A stretch of 64,000 nt of DNA from Candidatus Sericytochromatia bacterium. Lineage in GTDB: Bacteria; Cyanobacteriota; Sericytochromatia; UBA7694. The DNA lies in the NCBI GenBank assembly GCA_037968875.1, contig JBBKWI010000024.1:4328-68327 (forward strand). The letters are read 5' to 3'. The position numbers and the translations under genes are program-made. Below, piece by piece: positions 9,284-19,840 of this stretch. How positions within the stretch are numbered: the stretch's first letter is position 1; every line of letters begins with the position of its first letter. Below the pieces are notes generated by a model. That model did no database searches. It was given only the letters and a program-made list of their open reading frames with translations, and was not told the origin of the DNA.

Positions 9284-10015
9284 ATGTCTAAACTCTGGGA
9301 AAAAATACTGGGCACGCTGGTCGTTAGCGTTTTTAGTCTTGCAGCCATCGCCCTGATCGGCTTGCTTGCAAACCTCTTTTTTCTTCATGCCTCAGCACAA
9401 CACTGGGTAAGTACACCGGCAAAAGTGCTGAACTGGAATATCATCCAAAGTAAACGATCATCTAAAAGCAGTCATGAAAAACTCGTCGTTAATTATCACT
9501 ATCTGTATCAGCAGCAAGAGCACACGGGAAGTCAACTTGACTTTAGCATTGGCTCCGATAATTTCAGTGGTCGCCATCGCCGGCAGCAAATGGAAGCACT
9601 CAGAAAAGACCAGATTACCATTTGGGTCAATCCACAGTCCCCCGCACAAAGCGTATTCGATCGCAGCTTACCTGTTCAGCAAGCCACATTTATGATCTTT
9701 TTCTTGATCTTTCCTTGTGGTCTGGGCACTCTCTTTTTGTGGGTCTATTTGCTGAAAGGCCTCCAAAAAATCACAGGCCTTCAAACAGAGCGTTTTTCCA
9801 TGCCATTCTGGTTTTTTTTACATGGAATGCCAGCACTCTACCCGCTCCTGTTTAGCTTTTCCGAACTGAGTACGGGCCCTATTCTAATCTTAAGTGTCTT
9901 TTCTATTCTGGCACTTTGCAGTCTGATTGAGCTGATCCGACGCCTGTTTAACCCTGAACGTGGCAGGCCCAAAATAGCAGACCTAAAGATAATCACAGCC
10001 ATTCGTCGGAATTAG
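9284..10015 (+). CDS. Membrane protein (DUF3592-like)
   Basis: N-terminal TM helix, a soluble segment, then 3-4 C-terminal TM helices. Confidence 0.4.
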   Translation: MSKLWEKILGTLVVSVFSLAAIALIGLLANLFFLHASAQHWVSTPAKVLNWNIIQSKRSSKSSHEKLVVNYHYLYQQQEHTGSQLDFSIGSDNFSGRHRRQQMEALRKDQITIWVNPQSPAQSVFDRSLPVQQATFMIFFLIFPCGLGTLFLWVYLLKGLQKITGLQTERFSMPFWFFLHGMPALYPLLFSFSELSTGPILILSVFSILALCSLIELIRRLFNPERGRPKIADLKIITAIRRN

Positions 10016-10289
10016 GTCTTTGTGTACCCTCTCAAAATAACGACATCGCCAGCAAATTGCCAAAGTGCGTCAGATTAGCTTCAAAGAACGAACGCACCTT
10101 ATGACAACTCTGATTCAAGTGATTCAGAATAAGATCTAGCAAATAAAAAATATATTCGGCGCATGGTTTCGGGTGACAGCTCACCAGGGAGAATATATTG
10201 AATAGGTACTGTTACGGACTGCATAGAAGTCTCTTTTTTTTATTCTGTTGAGATAAAGAATCGCAGACTCACTTTGCTCTGTCCAGTCG

Positions 10290-11645
10290 CTACATCGCCA
10301 GTAAATTACCAAAGCGCGTCAGATTGGCTTCAAAGAACAAGCGCACGGTACCTGTCGGTCCATGGCGATGCTTGGCGATTAGCAGCTCAGCCGTGTTCTT
10401 GTCGTTAGAGTCAGGGTTATAGTATTCGTCACGGTAGAGAAAGAGCACGATGTCCGCGTCTTGCTCAATCGCGCCTGATTCACGTAAGTCAGACAGCATC
10501 GGGCGTTTATTGGTACGGCTTTCGACGGCACGACTGAGCTGACTCAGGGCCACCACAGGCACGTTTAATTCACGAGCCAATTGTTTGAGCGAGCGTGAGA
10601 TTTTAGAAATTTCTTGTTGGCGGTTTTCGCTGGAGCCGGTTTCCATTAATTGCAAATAATCGATCACGATCATAGCCAGATCTTTGTGTTCGGCCTTGAG
10701 GCGACGGCATTTGGCACGCACCTCACTGGGCGTAACCATACTGGAGTCATCGATAAAGATCGGGGCTTCTGAAAGGCTGGCAATCGCATTAGAGAGTGAC
10801 TGCCATTCGTCCGTGTGCAGGGTGCCTGAGCGCAAAGCACGGGAGTTCATGCCCGATTCCATGCAGAGCATGCGGGTGATCAGTTGTTCTTTGGACATTT
10901 CCAGGTTAAAGATCGCGACTGGCTTCTTAAGTTGAGCGGCCATATTAACAGCGATATTGAGACCCAGGGCAGTTTTACCCATCGCAGGTCGCGCCGCCAG
11001 GATCACCAGATCCGAAGGTGCAAAGCCGCCACCGAGCATCGTGTTGAGATCCGTAAAGCCCGTTGACATATTTTTGCGCAGCAGTGAATCCGGGTCATTA
11101 TAGCCCCGTTCGAGTTCTTCGAATAAATTCCAGAGACCCGTTTGAATATGCTCTAAGCCTTCGCCTAGATTGCGCTGACCGATAGCAAAGATCTGTTGCT
11201 CGGCCTGATTGAGAATAAAAGCGAGATCTTGATCATCATGCTGATAGCCCATCTCGACAATTTGGGTACCCGCGCGGATCAGCTTGCGTAAAATCGCATA
11301 GCGTTCGACGATCTGAGCGTAGTATTCGATATTGGCGGTGGTTGGCACCGATTGAATCAGGGCAATCACATAAGAACTGCCACCAACCGTGTCCAGATGG
11401 TCACGGGTGCGTAAATTATCAATAACTGAGATAATATCTACGGGTTGGCCTTTGCTGAAAAGCTCCCGAATCTGTTCAAAAATCAGACCATGGGCTGGGA
11501 CATAAAAGAAATCGGGCTCTAATAAATGAACCACACGCGCCAAAGCATCACTTTCGAGTAACATCCCCCCCAAAACAGCGACTTCAGCGTCTTTGTTATG
11601 GGGGGGAGTGCGTTCGATCAGTGAAGGTTTAAGCTTCGGCGTCGA
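10290..11645 (-). CDS. dnaB: Replicative DNA helicase DnaB. The ORF extends to 11717, but the N-terminal ~24 codons overlap the rplI tail and are probably not translated.
   Basis: N-terminal PPHNKDAEVAVLGGMLL, Walker A ARPAMGKT, and DnaB C-terminal motifs. Conserved rplI-dnaB synteny. Confidence 0.9.
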   Translation of the reverse strand, partial: STPKLKPSLIERTPPHNKDAEVAVLGGMLLESDALARVVHLLEPDFFYVPAHGLIFEQIRELFSKGQPVDIISVIDNLRTRDHLDTVGGSSYVIALIQSVPTTANIEYYAQIVERYAILRKLIRAGTQIVEMGYQHDDQDLAFILNQAEQQIFAIGQRNLGEGLEHIQTGLWNLFEELERGYNDPDSLLRKNMSTGFTDLNTMLGGGFAPSDLVILAARPAMGKTALGLNIAVNMAAQLKKPVAIFNLEMSKEQLITRMLCMESGMNSRALRSGTLHTDEWQSLSNAIASLSEAPIFIDDSSMVTPSEVRAKCRRLKAEHKDLAMIVIDYLQLMETGSSENRQQEISKISRSLKQLARELNVPVVALSQLSRAVESRTNKRPMLSDLRESGAIEQDADIVLFLYRDEYYNPDSNDKNTAELLIAKHRHGPTGTVRLFFEANLTRFGNLLAM

Positions 11646-12216
11646 CATCAAGCTCTTCGTTGTTGTCGTTATACTCGTCAGCATAGCCGTCATCGTAGCC
11701 ATCATCGTAACTGTCATTGCTGGCAGCGACTTCTTTGACAGGCTCTACGAATTCTTCGTACTCTTCTTCGCCATCACCTTGAACATCTACCTGCATTTGA
11801 GCAGAGATTTCAGGGTGCAACTTGATAGATATAGAATGCAAACCGACAGATTTAATCGGGCTAGCAATCGAGATATGCTTTTTGTCAACTTCAATACCGT
11901 GCTGTTCTTGTAAGAGAGCAGCGATTTCTTTGGTGGTGACAGTACCGTATAAACGGCCTTCTTCACCCACACGAACGGTAGCAAGCACAACTAACTTGCT
12001 CATTTCTTCAGCACGTTTGTTGGCATCTTCAATGACGGCGGCTTCTTTTTTAGAGCGTGCTTTGCGGCGAGACTCATAATGGGCCATGACATTAGCAGTG
12101 GCGCGAACGGCCATGTTATTAGGGAGCAGGTAGTTCCGGGCATAGCCTTCGGAAACTTTGACCATTGAGCCGTTTACGCCGAGCTCATTGTGGTCTTTGG
12201 TTAAAATGACATTCAT
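11629..12216 (-). CDS. rplI: 50S ribosomal protein L9 with an acidic C-terminal extension
   Basis: MNVILTKD…GYARNYLLP is the L9 N-domain. The C-terminal DDGY/EE-rich tail is unusual. Confidence 0.85.
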   Translation of the reverse strand: MNVILTKDHNELGVNGSMVKVSEGYARNYLLPNNMAVRATANVMAHYESRRKARSKKEAAVIEDANKRAEEMSKLVVLATVRVGEEGRLYGTVTTKEIAALLQEQHGIEVDKKHISIASPIKSVGLHSISIKLHPEISAQMQVDVQGDGEEEYEEFVEPVKEVAASNDSYDDGYDDGYADEYNDNNEELDVDAEA

Positions 12217-12264
12217 GATAATCATTCCTTTCGAATTAAAAACGCGTGTCTTGCCGGAGGGCAG

Positions 12265-12303
12265 AATAAATAAAAAGCAAGAGCAGGCGAAAAACCTGCT
12301 CTA
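12265..12303 (-). terminator. Rho-independent terminator after the SLH-porin gene
   Basis: On the minus strand: agagcagg-tttttcg-cctgctct followed by a T-run. Confidence 0.5.
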
Positions 12304-12326
12304 TATTATAACAAGATTAGACCGTG

Positions 12327-13883
12327 CTAAAAGACAAACGACGAGGAAATAGCCACCGTTGTCTTATCAAACTTGCTGTCTTGAGGCAAACGCGCCCCAA
12401 AAACTTTCTGACGGCGACCCAGTTCCAGGGTTAAATTGGGGATCACCGGGTTGTCATAAGTTGCCTGAACCATAAAACCAGCTAAATCACCTACCTCATC
12501 CGGGGAACCCTCAAAAAGGGTCCCACCTTGCAAGGTAAAGGGAGATTGCATCGCAAACAAGAGGGTTGGAATATCAACATCGGCCCATTCACTATTGATT
12601 TGTTTCAGGTTAGAAGGTGTTGAAAAATAAACCCCAGCAATCAATTGCTCATAAGTTTTTTCACTTTCAAACTTGCCTGAACCCCCGAGACTAAAGCCAC
12701 CGAAGTTCCAGTTGATATTGCTTGAAGCACCACGAAAATCAAAGTCTTCAGCCAATCCCCGAAAGGTGGCCTGGAAGCCAACGCCAAAGTCATCATTGCC
12801 CAGGTCTAATAAAGCAGTGTGATTGTGCAAGGTGTCCAGTACTGGCGTACCAATAAACAAAGATTGGTCAGCCTCCGAGACGAATTTTAAACGCGCCCAA
12901 CCAAAATCAAGCTTGACCTGACCATAGAATACATCAGGGCTAGCCGCAATTGCCGCAGAGAAAAAGCCTTCGCTAAACTCTGAACCGGCAATAAAGCTCC
13001 GGGTGAGACGAATACCACGACCGGAACCAAAGAGATTGGGTGAGGCTCTACCCACAGCCGACGAGTCCAGAATCCCAATGATACTACTACCAAATTGATT
13101 CGAAACCGAGCTGAAAGGCGTGATCAAACGGGTCACACCCATATAGCCAAATTTGACACGCGGGTTTAAAAAGGCATCGACCCGGTGATCAAACCAGGCT
13201 TCTCCAAAACCGACATCAATATCTTTATTTTCAGAAAACTGATCTTTTTTGCCCGCAGTGCCATCTTTTTTCTCTTCTTGAACCGAAGAGAAAGAACCCG
13301 ACAGAGACGAACGAATCGTGGTCCGGTCTGAAGCGGCAATCCGCATATTGAGTGCATAATAAGCGCTATAACCAGGACGGAAGTTATCTTCAAAGTTATC
13401 TTCAGCTCCAACACTGATCAAACCACCAAAACGCACAGAGCCCAGGTCTTCTTTGAGCTTAGCCAGAGATTCTTCTAATTGCTTGATTTTTTCGCTTTGT
13501 TCACCCTGTTGTTTTTTGAGGGTTTCGATTTCAACCTGAAACTCTTCACTGAGGGTTTTCATGGTTTTTAAATCTTCGAGAGCGACATTGCCAATTCGGC
13601 GAGTCAGGTCTTCTACCTGAGAAAGTTGCACCATGACCTGATAAAAAGCAGCCGCTGCTTCATAGCGGGTAATCGTGCGGCTGCCCCGGAAAGTTTTGTC
13701 GGGGAATCCCGCCATGACGCCGTATTTTTCGACCAGATCTCGAACCGCTTTTGCTGCCCAATGTTCTGCGGGCATATCGCTAAAACTAGCTTGCTGCTGC
13801 GCCTTGGCTTCTTCTACAGGCAATACAACGGTTAAAAGACTGGTACTCATCAATGCTGCCAAAGTGGTTTTGAAGATTCGCAA
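12327..13883 (-). CDS. SLH-domain outer-membrane porin (S-layer homology + coiled coil + OprB-like beta-barrel)
   Basis: Signal peptide. SLH motif FSDMPAEHWAAKAVRDLVEKYGVMAGFPDKTFRGSRTITRYEAAAAF, a coiled coil, and a C-terminal beta-barrel ending in F. Confidence 0.8.
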   Translation of the reverse strand: MRIFKTTLAALMSTSLLTVVLPVEEAKAQQQASFSDMPAEHWAAKAVRDLVEKYGVMAGFPDKTFRGSRTITRYEAAAAFYQVMVQLSQVEDLTRRIGNVALEDLKTMKTLSEEFQVEIETLKKQQGEQSEKIKQLEESLAKLKEDLGSVRFGGLISVGAEDNFEDNFRPGYSAYYALNMRIAASDRTTIRSSLSGSFSSVQEEKKDGTAGKKDQFSENKDIDVGFGEAWFDHRVDAFLNPRVKFGYMGVTRLITPFSSVSNQFGSSIIGILDSSAVGRASPNLFGSGRGIRLTRSFIAGSEFSEGFFSAAIAASPDVFYGQVKLDFGWARLKFVSEADQSLFIGTPVLDTLHNHTALLDLGNDDFGVGFQATFRGLAEDFDFRGASSNINWNFGGFSLGGSGKFESEKTYEQLIAGVYFSTPSNLKQINSEWADVDIPTLLFAMQSPFTLQGGTLFEGSPDEVGDLAGFMVQATYDNPVIPNLTLELGRRQKVFGARLPQDSKFDKTTVAISSSFVF

Positions 13884-13896
13884 CGGTCTAAGCTCC

Positions 13897-14820
13897 TTAT
13901 TGATAAACTGGCGTCAACCAGTGTTTGTATTTGGGATCACGTCCCTTGACGATGTTAAAGTATGTTTCTTGCAAGTGTCGCATCATTGGCCAGTTGCCGG
14001 CTTCGCCGATCGGGCGGAGGTCAACCTCTCGGATCGGCGTGACTTCGGCTGCTGTGCCCGTAAAAAAGGCTTCGTCCGCCAGAATCATCTGCCCAACAGT
14101 CATGGCCTCAATATTAACTTGATAACCGAGATCAGTCGCAATTTTGATAATTGTGTCCCGAGTAATGCCCGCTAAAATAGAAGCATTAATCGGATTGGTA
14201 TAGAGCACATTTTTCTTGACCAAAAATATATTTTCGCCGCTGCCTTCAGCAATATCACCTGATTCATTTAAGAGAATCGCCTCGTCAAAGCCCCGATCTT
14301 TGGCATCCATCACAGCCAGCATCGAATTCAGATACTGTCCCGTGGCTTTTGCCATCACCGGAAACATTTGCGATTGGAATTTTTTCCAACTGGTCACGGT
14401 AACGCGTGCACCTTTCTCAAGGCCATCTTCACCCAGATAAGCACCCCAGGGCCAGGCACCAATATTGACATCAATATTTTCACGATTGGGATTGACTCCC
14501 AGCCGGCCATAGCCGACAAAAGCAATCGGTCGAATATAACAATCTTCAAATTGGTTATCCCGAATGAGTTGCAAGATACCGTCTTTGAGTTCATCAAAGC
14601 TGAAAGGCATTTTGAAACGATAGACCTTGGCCGAATCGAAGAATCGATGCAAATGATCATCCAAACGGAAAACCATCGGGCCATTGGGAGTGTTATAAGC
14701 GCGAATACCCTCAAAGATACCGCTCCCATAATGTAGACCATGAGTCATAACATGGACAGTTGCATCTTTCCAGGGGATGATGTGTCCATTAGACCAAATC
14801 TTGCCATTTTCGGGAAACAT
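13897..14820 (-). CDS. ilvE: Branched-chain amino-acid aminotransferase
   Basis: Fold-type IV PLP aminotransferase motifs (HYGSGIFEGIRAY, …EAFFTGTAAEVTPI). Confidence 0.9.
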   Translation of the reverse strand: MFPENGKIWSNGHIIPWKDATVHVMTHGLHYGSGIFEGIRAYNTPNGPMVFRLDDHLHRFFDSAKVYRFKMPFSFDELKDGILQLIRDNQFEDCYIRPIAFVGYGRLGVNPNRENIDVNIGAWPWGAYLGEDGLEKGARVTVTSWKKFQSQMFPVMAKATGQYLNSMLAVMDAKDRGFDEAILLNESGDIAEGSGENIFLVKKNVLYTNPINASILAGITRDTIIKIATDLGYQVNIEAMTVGQMILADEAFFTGTAAEVTPIREVDLRPIGEAGNWPMMRHLQETYFNIVKGRDPKYKHWLTPVYQ

Positions 14821-15142
14821 TAAAACACTCCATCAAGTTCACTTTTTTCAACGCAGACTCTATTATATACAAATTTTGCCAAAGTGGTGCTTGAGAGGTC
14901 CCTTTGCAAAAAACAGCACGCTATTTCCGCACAGAAATCCATGGTTCCAGGCCCCAAAATGAATCAAAAGCGATCAGAGTGAAAGCGTCAGAGAAAGCGC
15001 CGACTCCCTTTCAGGAAACCCTAATTTAGGCTATAATAATCTCAAACGAATATTTTAAAAACGCAAACGCTTTGGCTTGAATCAGGGCGTTTATTTTTAT
15101 ATCAAATTTTCAAATCAAAAGCAAAACGGCAGGCTATCGTTT

Positions 15143-16411
15143 ATGAAATTAGCAGATACCTTTACAGACGCTATTCGCCAAATTGAGCGTGAGCGTGGCA
15201 TTAGCGCCGAGAGTATTGTAGAAGTCATTGAGTCGGCACTGGAAAGCGCCTACAAAAAGAAAATGATTGAGCAAGAGAAGCTCAATAAAGATTCTGAAGT
15301 AGAGATCTATATTGATACCGAACACGATAACGAAATCCGGGTCAAGGTCATTAAAACAGTCGTCGAAGAGCCCAGCGATGACCCCAACCAAATTAGCTTG
15401 CAAGACGCACAAAAGCGCGTGCCTGACATCGCGATTGGTGAAACCGTAAAGCTAGAAATGCCTCTCAGCTCCAAAGAATTTGAAAAACTAGCCACCCAGG
15501 TGGTACGCCAGGCAATTACTCAGCGTTTACGTGAAGCAGAGAAAAAAGCGATCTTAGAAGAGTACCGTGATCGCATCGGCACGATGCTGACAGCAACCGT
15601 TCAACGTTTAGAAAAGAAAAATGTGATCGTGAAACTGAATAATAAATCAGAGTTGGTTTTGCCTGCCTCTGAGCAATTGCCTCACGATCGCTACCGCTTT
15701 GGAGACAATGTGCGGGTTTATTTAGCCGAAATCCATGACAACCCACGCAGTCCTTACATCTTAATTTCACGGGCTCACCCAGGTCTGGTGCGTTGTTTAT
15801 TTGAAATTGAGATCCCAGAAGTGGCTGATGGCACCGTTTTGATTAAGTCAATTTCTCGAGATGCGGGTTATCGCACCAAGATTGCAGTCGTCTCAATGAA
15901 AGGCAATGTCGATCCGGTCGGAGCCTGTATTGGTTCGCGCGGCTCACGCATTCATCCCATTATTGATGAGCTCAAAGGCGAAAAAATTGATGTGGTTCGC
16001 TGGTCAGAAGATCTGGCAACCTTTATCACAAATTCTTTGAGCCCGGCCAAAGTCGTGCAAGTCGAACTTTCAGATGATGATCACGAAGCTCTGATTGTCG
16101 TGCCTGATGATCAATTGTCACTGGCCATCGGCCGTGAGGGTCAAAATGTGCGTCTGGCAGCTCAGCTGACCCATTGCCATCTGGATATCATTACCGAAAG
16201 TCAGTTGCGTCGCCAAAAAATGGATATTCAACAGGCCATGCAAGAGCAACTCAAAAACCCAGACGAATATGATCAAGAACCAGCAGACGCTGACGAATAT
16301 GATCAGGATCCAGCAGACGCTGATGAATATGATCAAGATCCAGCAGACGCTGATGAAGACGTCTCTATTAAAGACGAAACCTTTGTAGAATCCTCAGCAC
16401 AGCCTGAATGA
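15143..16411 (+). CDS. nusA: Transcription termination/antitermination factor NusA with an acidic C-terminal repeat tail (start at MKLADTF)
   Basis: NusA N-domain, S1 and KH motifs. nusA-ylxR-infB synteny. C-terminal (DEYDQxPADA)x3. Confidence 0.9.
   Translation: MKLADTFTDAIRQIERERGISAESIVEVIESALESAYKKKMIEQEKLNKDSEVEIYIDTEHDNEIRVKVIKTVVEEPSDDPNQISLQDAQKRVPDIAIGETVKLEMPLSSKEFEKLATQVVRQAITQRLREAEKKAILEEYRDRIGTMLTATVQRLEKKNVIVKLNNKSELVLPASEQLPHDRYRFGDNVRVYLAEIHDNPRSPYILISRAHPGLVRCLFEIEIPEVADGTVLIKSISRDAGYRTKIAVVSMKGNVDPVGACIGSRGSRIHPIIDELKGEKIDVVRWSEDLATFITNSLSPAKVVQVELSDDDHEALIVVPDDQLSLAIGREGQNVRLAAQLTHCHLDIITESQLRRQKMDIQQAMQEQLKNPDEYDQEPADADEYDQDPADADEYDQDPADADEDVSIKDETFVESSAQPE
16259..16360 (+). 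repeat. In-frame 33-bp tandem repeat x3 encoding the acidic EYDQ(D/E)PADAD tail of NusA
   Basis: gaatatgatca(a/g)ga(a/t)ccagcagacgctga(c/t), three copies. Confidence 0.8.
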
Positions 16412-16689
16412 AAAAGGGAATTCGGCGCTGTGTTACGTGCCGTATTTTAAACGACCGCCAGCAAATGCATCGATTAAACCGTGAGACCACAGGAGTTGAA
16501 GCATTGCCGGCGGGGCGTTCAATTTATCTCTGTCAGCAGAGCACTTGTATCCAAAGCGCCCTTAAAAATCGACGTTGGTTGAAACAGAATCCGGACTTAA
16601 CTCTGGTCGAATGGGAGCAAATTTGTCAAAACTTGCTCACTTTGCCACCTCTTGAATCCGTCGCTAGCGTAAATTTTAAAAACGATTGA
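16408..16689 (+). CDS. ylxR: YlxR/DUF448 family RNA-binding protein
   Basis: RRCVTCR motif. Sits between nusA and infB with an ATGA overlap. Confidence 0.8.
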   Translation: MKKGIRRCVTCRILNDRQQMHRLNRETTGVEALPAGRSIYLCQQSTCIQSALKNRRWLKQNPDLTLVEWEQICQNLLTLPPLESVASVNFKND

Positions 16690-16927
16690 GAAGCGCTGTT
16701 CTTCTCTATTGACGGCAAGTCCATCGATTCGAGTCATGCGCTTAGCTAGCTTGAATCGATCGCACATCTGCTTAAGTCAAGACCCAAATGCGTGTTATAC
16801 TGTCTAACAATTCGTATGGGTAATGACCAGCCCTTGGCCTAAAAAACCAGCCGATTTACCCTGACCAGATTTATCTGAGCTCCGCTTGTTTCAATCTGGA
16901 ACAAGCCAGGTAAAAGTCAATTAGAAA

Positions 16928-19840
16928 ATGGAAGTTGAGCAACAGAAGAGCAGCATGAGTAAAATTAGAGTATCGAAGATTAAAAATAATATTGAACAAG
17001 AACTGGGTAAGAATGTCTCTACCCAGCAGATAGCGGAAACCTGCCGCAAGCTCAACATTTCCTTTAAGGATCATGAGCAAATGGGCATCCATTATAATTC
17101 GGTGCTGGCCGAAACTGATGCTCAACGTATAGCCAAAGCTTTTAAAGACCAACCCGGTGGCGCTCCCAAACCCAAAGCCGCTCCGCCTGCTCGTGAGACT
17201 CACTCAAGCTCCGCTCCTGCTCCCAGCACTGAGACCCCGTCTCGCCCGGAAGCTAGCGCTCCCCGTATCGAAAGAACCGATAGTAGCCACCGTGAAAACC
17301 GCAGTCCTGCCAGCAGCGCTGCCAGTACAGCGAATACCAATACAAGCGATCGGCCCGTTCGCACAGATCGTCCTGACCGGCCTGAGCGTGGCGATCGGCC
17401 CGTTCGCACGGATCGTCCTGACCGTCCTGAGCGTGGCGAACGCCCCATTCGTAGCGACCGGCCTGACCGTGGCGATCGTCCCCCACTACGCGACTACACC
17501 AAACCCCGCCCAGTAGGTACCGATGGTCGCAGTTCACGTCCGCCTGGCACCCGTGGCGAACGTCCCATTCGTAGCGACCGGCCTGACCGTGGTGATCGGC
17601 CCCCACTACGCGATTACACCAAACCCCGCCCCGTAGGCGCCGATGGTCGCAGCTCACGTCCACCTGGCAGCCGTGCCGAACGCCCCATTCGCAGCGATCG
17701 TCCCCCACTACGCGACTACACCAAACCCCGCCCAGTAGGTACCGATGGCCGTAGCTCACGCCCACCAGCCGGTGCAGGCGCTGGCCGGGGTCGTACGACA
17801 ACGCCCACGACAGAAGATCGTCCAGAACGTATAGATCGTCCACCTCAACGCGATTACCGCGGCGGCAGCTCAACCCGTGGTCCTGGTGGCGCTCCTGGCC
17901 GTCCTGGCGGCGCCCCTGGCGGCCCTCGCTTTGGACCCAATCGCGGCCCAGCTGGCCGTTTCCCGACAGGTCCAAAACGCGGTCGGCGCAAGCGTTCTAA
18001 ATACAAAAAAGAAAAACTAGAGCTTCAAAAACAAGAGCTAAAAGTAGAATTATCACCTGAAGAAAAGATTATTGAGCTACATACCAATATTACGGTGACC
18101 GAACTGGCAGTAAAAATGCAAATCGGCGTCGCCGAAGTCATGAAAGCCCTGTTCATGAAAGGTATGGTCACCAATATCAATCAGGCTCTCGAATTAGAAA
18201 CCGCTGAAGCAGTTGCTAAAGACTTAGAGTATGAAGTCTTGATGCCCACAACCAAAGAAAAAGAAGAAATGGAAAAACCCAAACTGGTCGCTATCAAGCC
18301 CACTTTGGATCAAGATCCAGCCAAGCTGCATGCACGTCCCCCGGTCGTCACGATCATGGGTCACGTTGATCACGGCAAAACCTCTCTACTTGACTATATT
18401 CGCAAAACCAAAGTCACCGAAGGTGAAGCCGGGGGTATTACCCAGCATATTGGTGCCTATATGGTCAAAGTAGACGGCAGAGATGTCGCCTTTTTGGACA
18501 CCCCAGGTCACGAAGCCTTTACGGCCATGCGAGCCCGTGGCGCTCAAGTTACCGATATCGCAATTATCGTGATTGCTGCAGATGACGGCATCATGCCCCA
18601 AACAGTCGAAGCGATTAACCATGCCAAGGCTGCAGGCGTACAAATAATCATTGCCGTCAACAAAATGGACAAGCCTGGTGCCGATCTAGATCGCTCCAAG
18701 CAACAGTTAACCGAGCATGAATTGGTTGCTGAAGAGTGGGGTGGCGACGCCGTGATCGTACCGGTTTCCGCCAAAACAGGCGAAGGCGTGGATGACCTAC
18801 TCGAAATGATCGTCTTATTATCAGACATCTTAGAGTTGAAGTCCAACCCTGATAAACCAGCTTCTGGGGTCGTGATCGAATCCCAGTTAGAAAAAGGCCG
18901 GGGCTCTGTCGGTACGGTTCTGATTCAGAACGGCACCCTGAAGCAAGGCGACGCCTTTGTCGTTGGCCCTATCTCAGGTCGCGTTCGCGCGATGACCAAC
19001 GAGCATGGCAAAAAACTCAAAGAAGCTGGCGCTTCTTACCCAGTTGAGATCCTCGGCTTTGCCGATGTTCCGACTGCCGGAGATATCTTCCAGGTCGTCA
19101 AAAATGACAAAACAGCCAAGTCAATGGCTGAAACACGCAAATTTGAGATTGAAGAAGAAGCTCGCAACCGCAACCGTATGAACCTCTCTAGCCTCTACGA
19201 AAATATGCTGGTCGGTAGTGTCAAAGAACTCAGTATCGTCGTCAAAACCGATGTTCAGGGCTCAATTGCTGCGATCAGACAATCTTTAGAACAGCTGACC
19301 ACCGAGAAAGTGCATGTGCACGTGATTCACGCCGCTACCGGCGAAATCTCACAGCATGATGTGATGCTGGCAACAGCCTCTGACGCACTGGTCGTCGGCT
19401 TTAACGTCAAAGCGGATAATAACGCTGAGCGCATTGCCGAGCAAGAGCAGATCGAAATTCGCTACTACGAAATCATCTATAAATTGATTGAAGATATCGA
19501 AAACGCGATGGAAGGTATGCTTGAGCCTGAAATGGTCGAAGTTGAGATGGGCAAAGCCGAAGTCCGCGCGGTCTTCAAAATCAGCAAAGCCGGCACCATT
19601 GCTGGCTCTTATATGCTGGAAGGCAAAGCCGAACGCAATTGTCAAGTCCGTGTCAAGCGTGGCGAAGAATTGCTACATACCGGCCGTCTCTCATCGCTCA
19701 AACGCTTTAAAGATGACGTCAAAGAAGTCGGTAACGGCTATGAATTTGGTCTTGCTGTCAAAGACTTTAATGATCTCGTCGAAGGCGATATCGTCGAGTT
19801 CTTCCAGATTAAAGCCCGCCACGAAATCGCTAAAGCCTAA
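16928..19840 (+). CDS. infB: Translation initiation factor IF-2 with a long Pro/Arg/Asp-rich repetitive N-terminus
   Basis: GTP-binding motifs (GHVDHGKTSLLD, DTPGHEAF, NKMD) and IF-2 C-domains. Confidence 0.95.
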   Translation: MEVEQQKSSMSKIRVSKIKNNIEQELGKNVSTQQIAETCRKLNISFKDHEQMGIHYNSVLAETDAQRIAKAFKDQPGGAPKPKAAPPARETHSSSAPAPSTETPSRPEASAPRIERTDSSHRENRSPASSAASTANTNTSDRPVRTDRPDRPERGDRPVRTDRPDRPERGERPIRSDRPDRGDRPPLRDYTKPRPVGTDGRSSRPPGTRGERPIRSDRPDRGDRPPLRDYTKPRPVGADGRSSRPPGSRAERPIRSDRPPLRDYTKPRPVGTDGRSSRPPAGAGAGRGRTTTPTTEDRPERIDRPPQRDYRGGSSTRGPGGAPGRPGGAPGGPRFGPNRGPAGRFPTGPKRGRRKRSKYKKEKLELQKQELKVELSPEEKIIELHTNITVTELAVKMQIGVAEVMKALFMKGMVTNINQALELETAEAVAKDLEYEVLMPTTKEKEEMEKPKLVAIKPTLDQDPAKLHARPPVVTIMGHVDHGKTSLLDYIRKTKVTEGEAGGITQHIGAYMVKVDGRDVAFLDTPGHEAFTAMRARGAQVTDIAIIVIAADDGIMPQTVEAINHAKAAGVQIIIAVNKMDKPGADLDRSKQQLTEHELVAEEWGGDAVIVPVSAKTGEGVDDLLEMIVLLSDILELKSNPDKPASGVVIESQLEKGRGSVGTVLIQNGTLKQGDAFVVGPISGRVRAMTNEHGKKLKEAGASYPVEILGFADVPTAGDIFQVVKNDKTAKSMAETRKFEIEEEARNRNRMNLSSLYENMLVGSVKELSIVVKTDVQGSIAAIRQSLEQLTTEKVHVHVIHAATGEISQHDVMLATASDALVVGFNVKADNNAERIAEQEQIEIRYYEIIYKLIEDIENAMEGMLEPEMVEVEMGKAEVRAVFKISKAGTIAGSYMLEGKAERNCQVRVKRGEELLHTGRLSSLKRFKDDVKEVGNGYEFGLAVKDFNDLVEGDIVEFFQIKARHEIAKA
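17345..17790 (+). repeat. In-frame ~120-bp tandem repeats (about 3 copies, plus 45-bp sub-repeats) within the infB N-terminal region
   Basis: Repeating ERPIRSDRPDRGDRPPLRDYTKPRPVGTDGRSSRPPG units, near-identical at the DNA level. Confidence 0.8.

Noticed and set aside
11645-11717. N-terminal extension of dnaB (MTVTMMATMTAML…)
   Set aside because: It is the alternate-frame translation of the rplI acidic-tail coding region. The DnaB start is more likely the downstream Met.
17253-17975. 240-aa antisense ORF (also 17200..17448 and 17157..17516)
   Set aside because: Artefact of the repetitive GC-rich infB N-terminal region. It sits opposite a highly confident gene.
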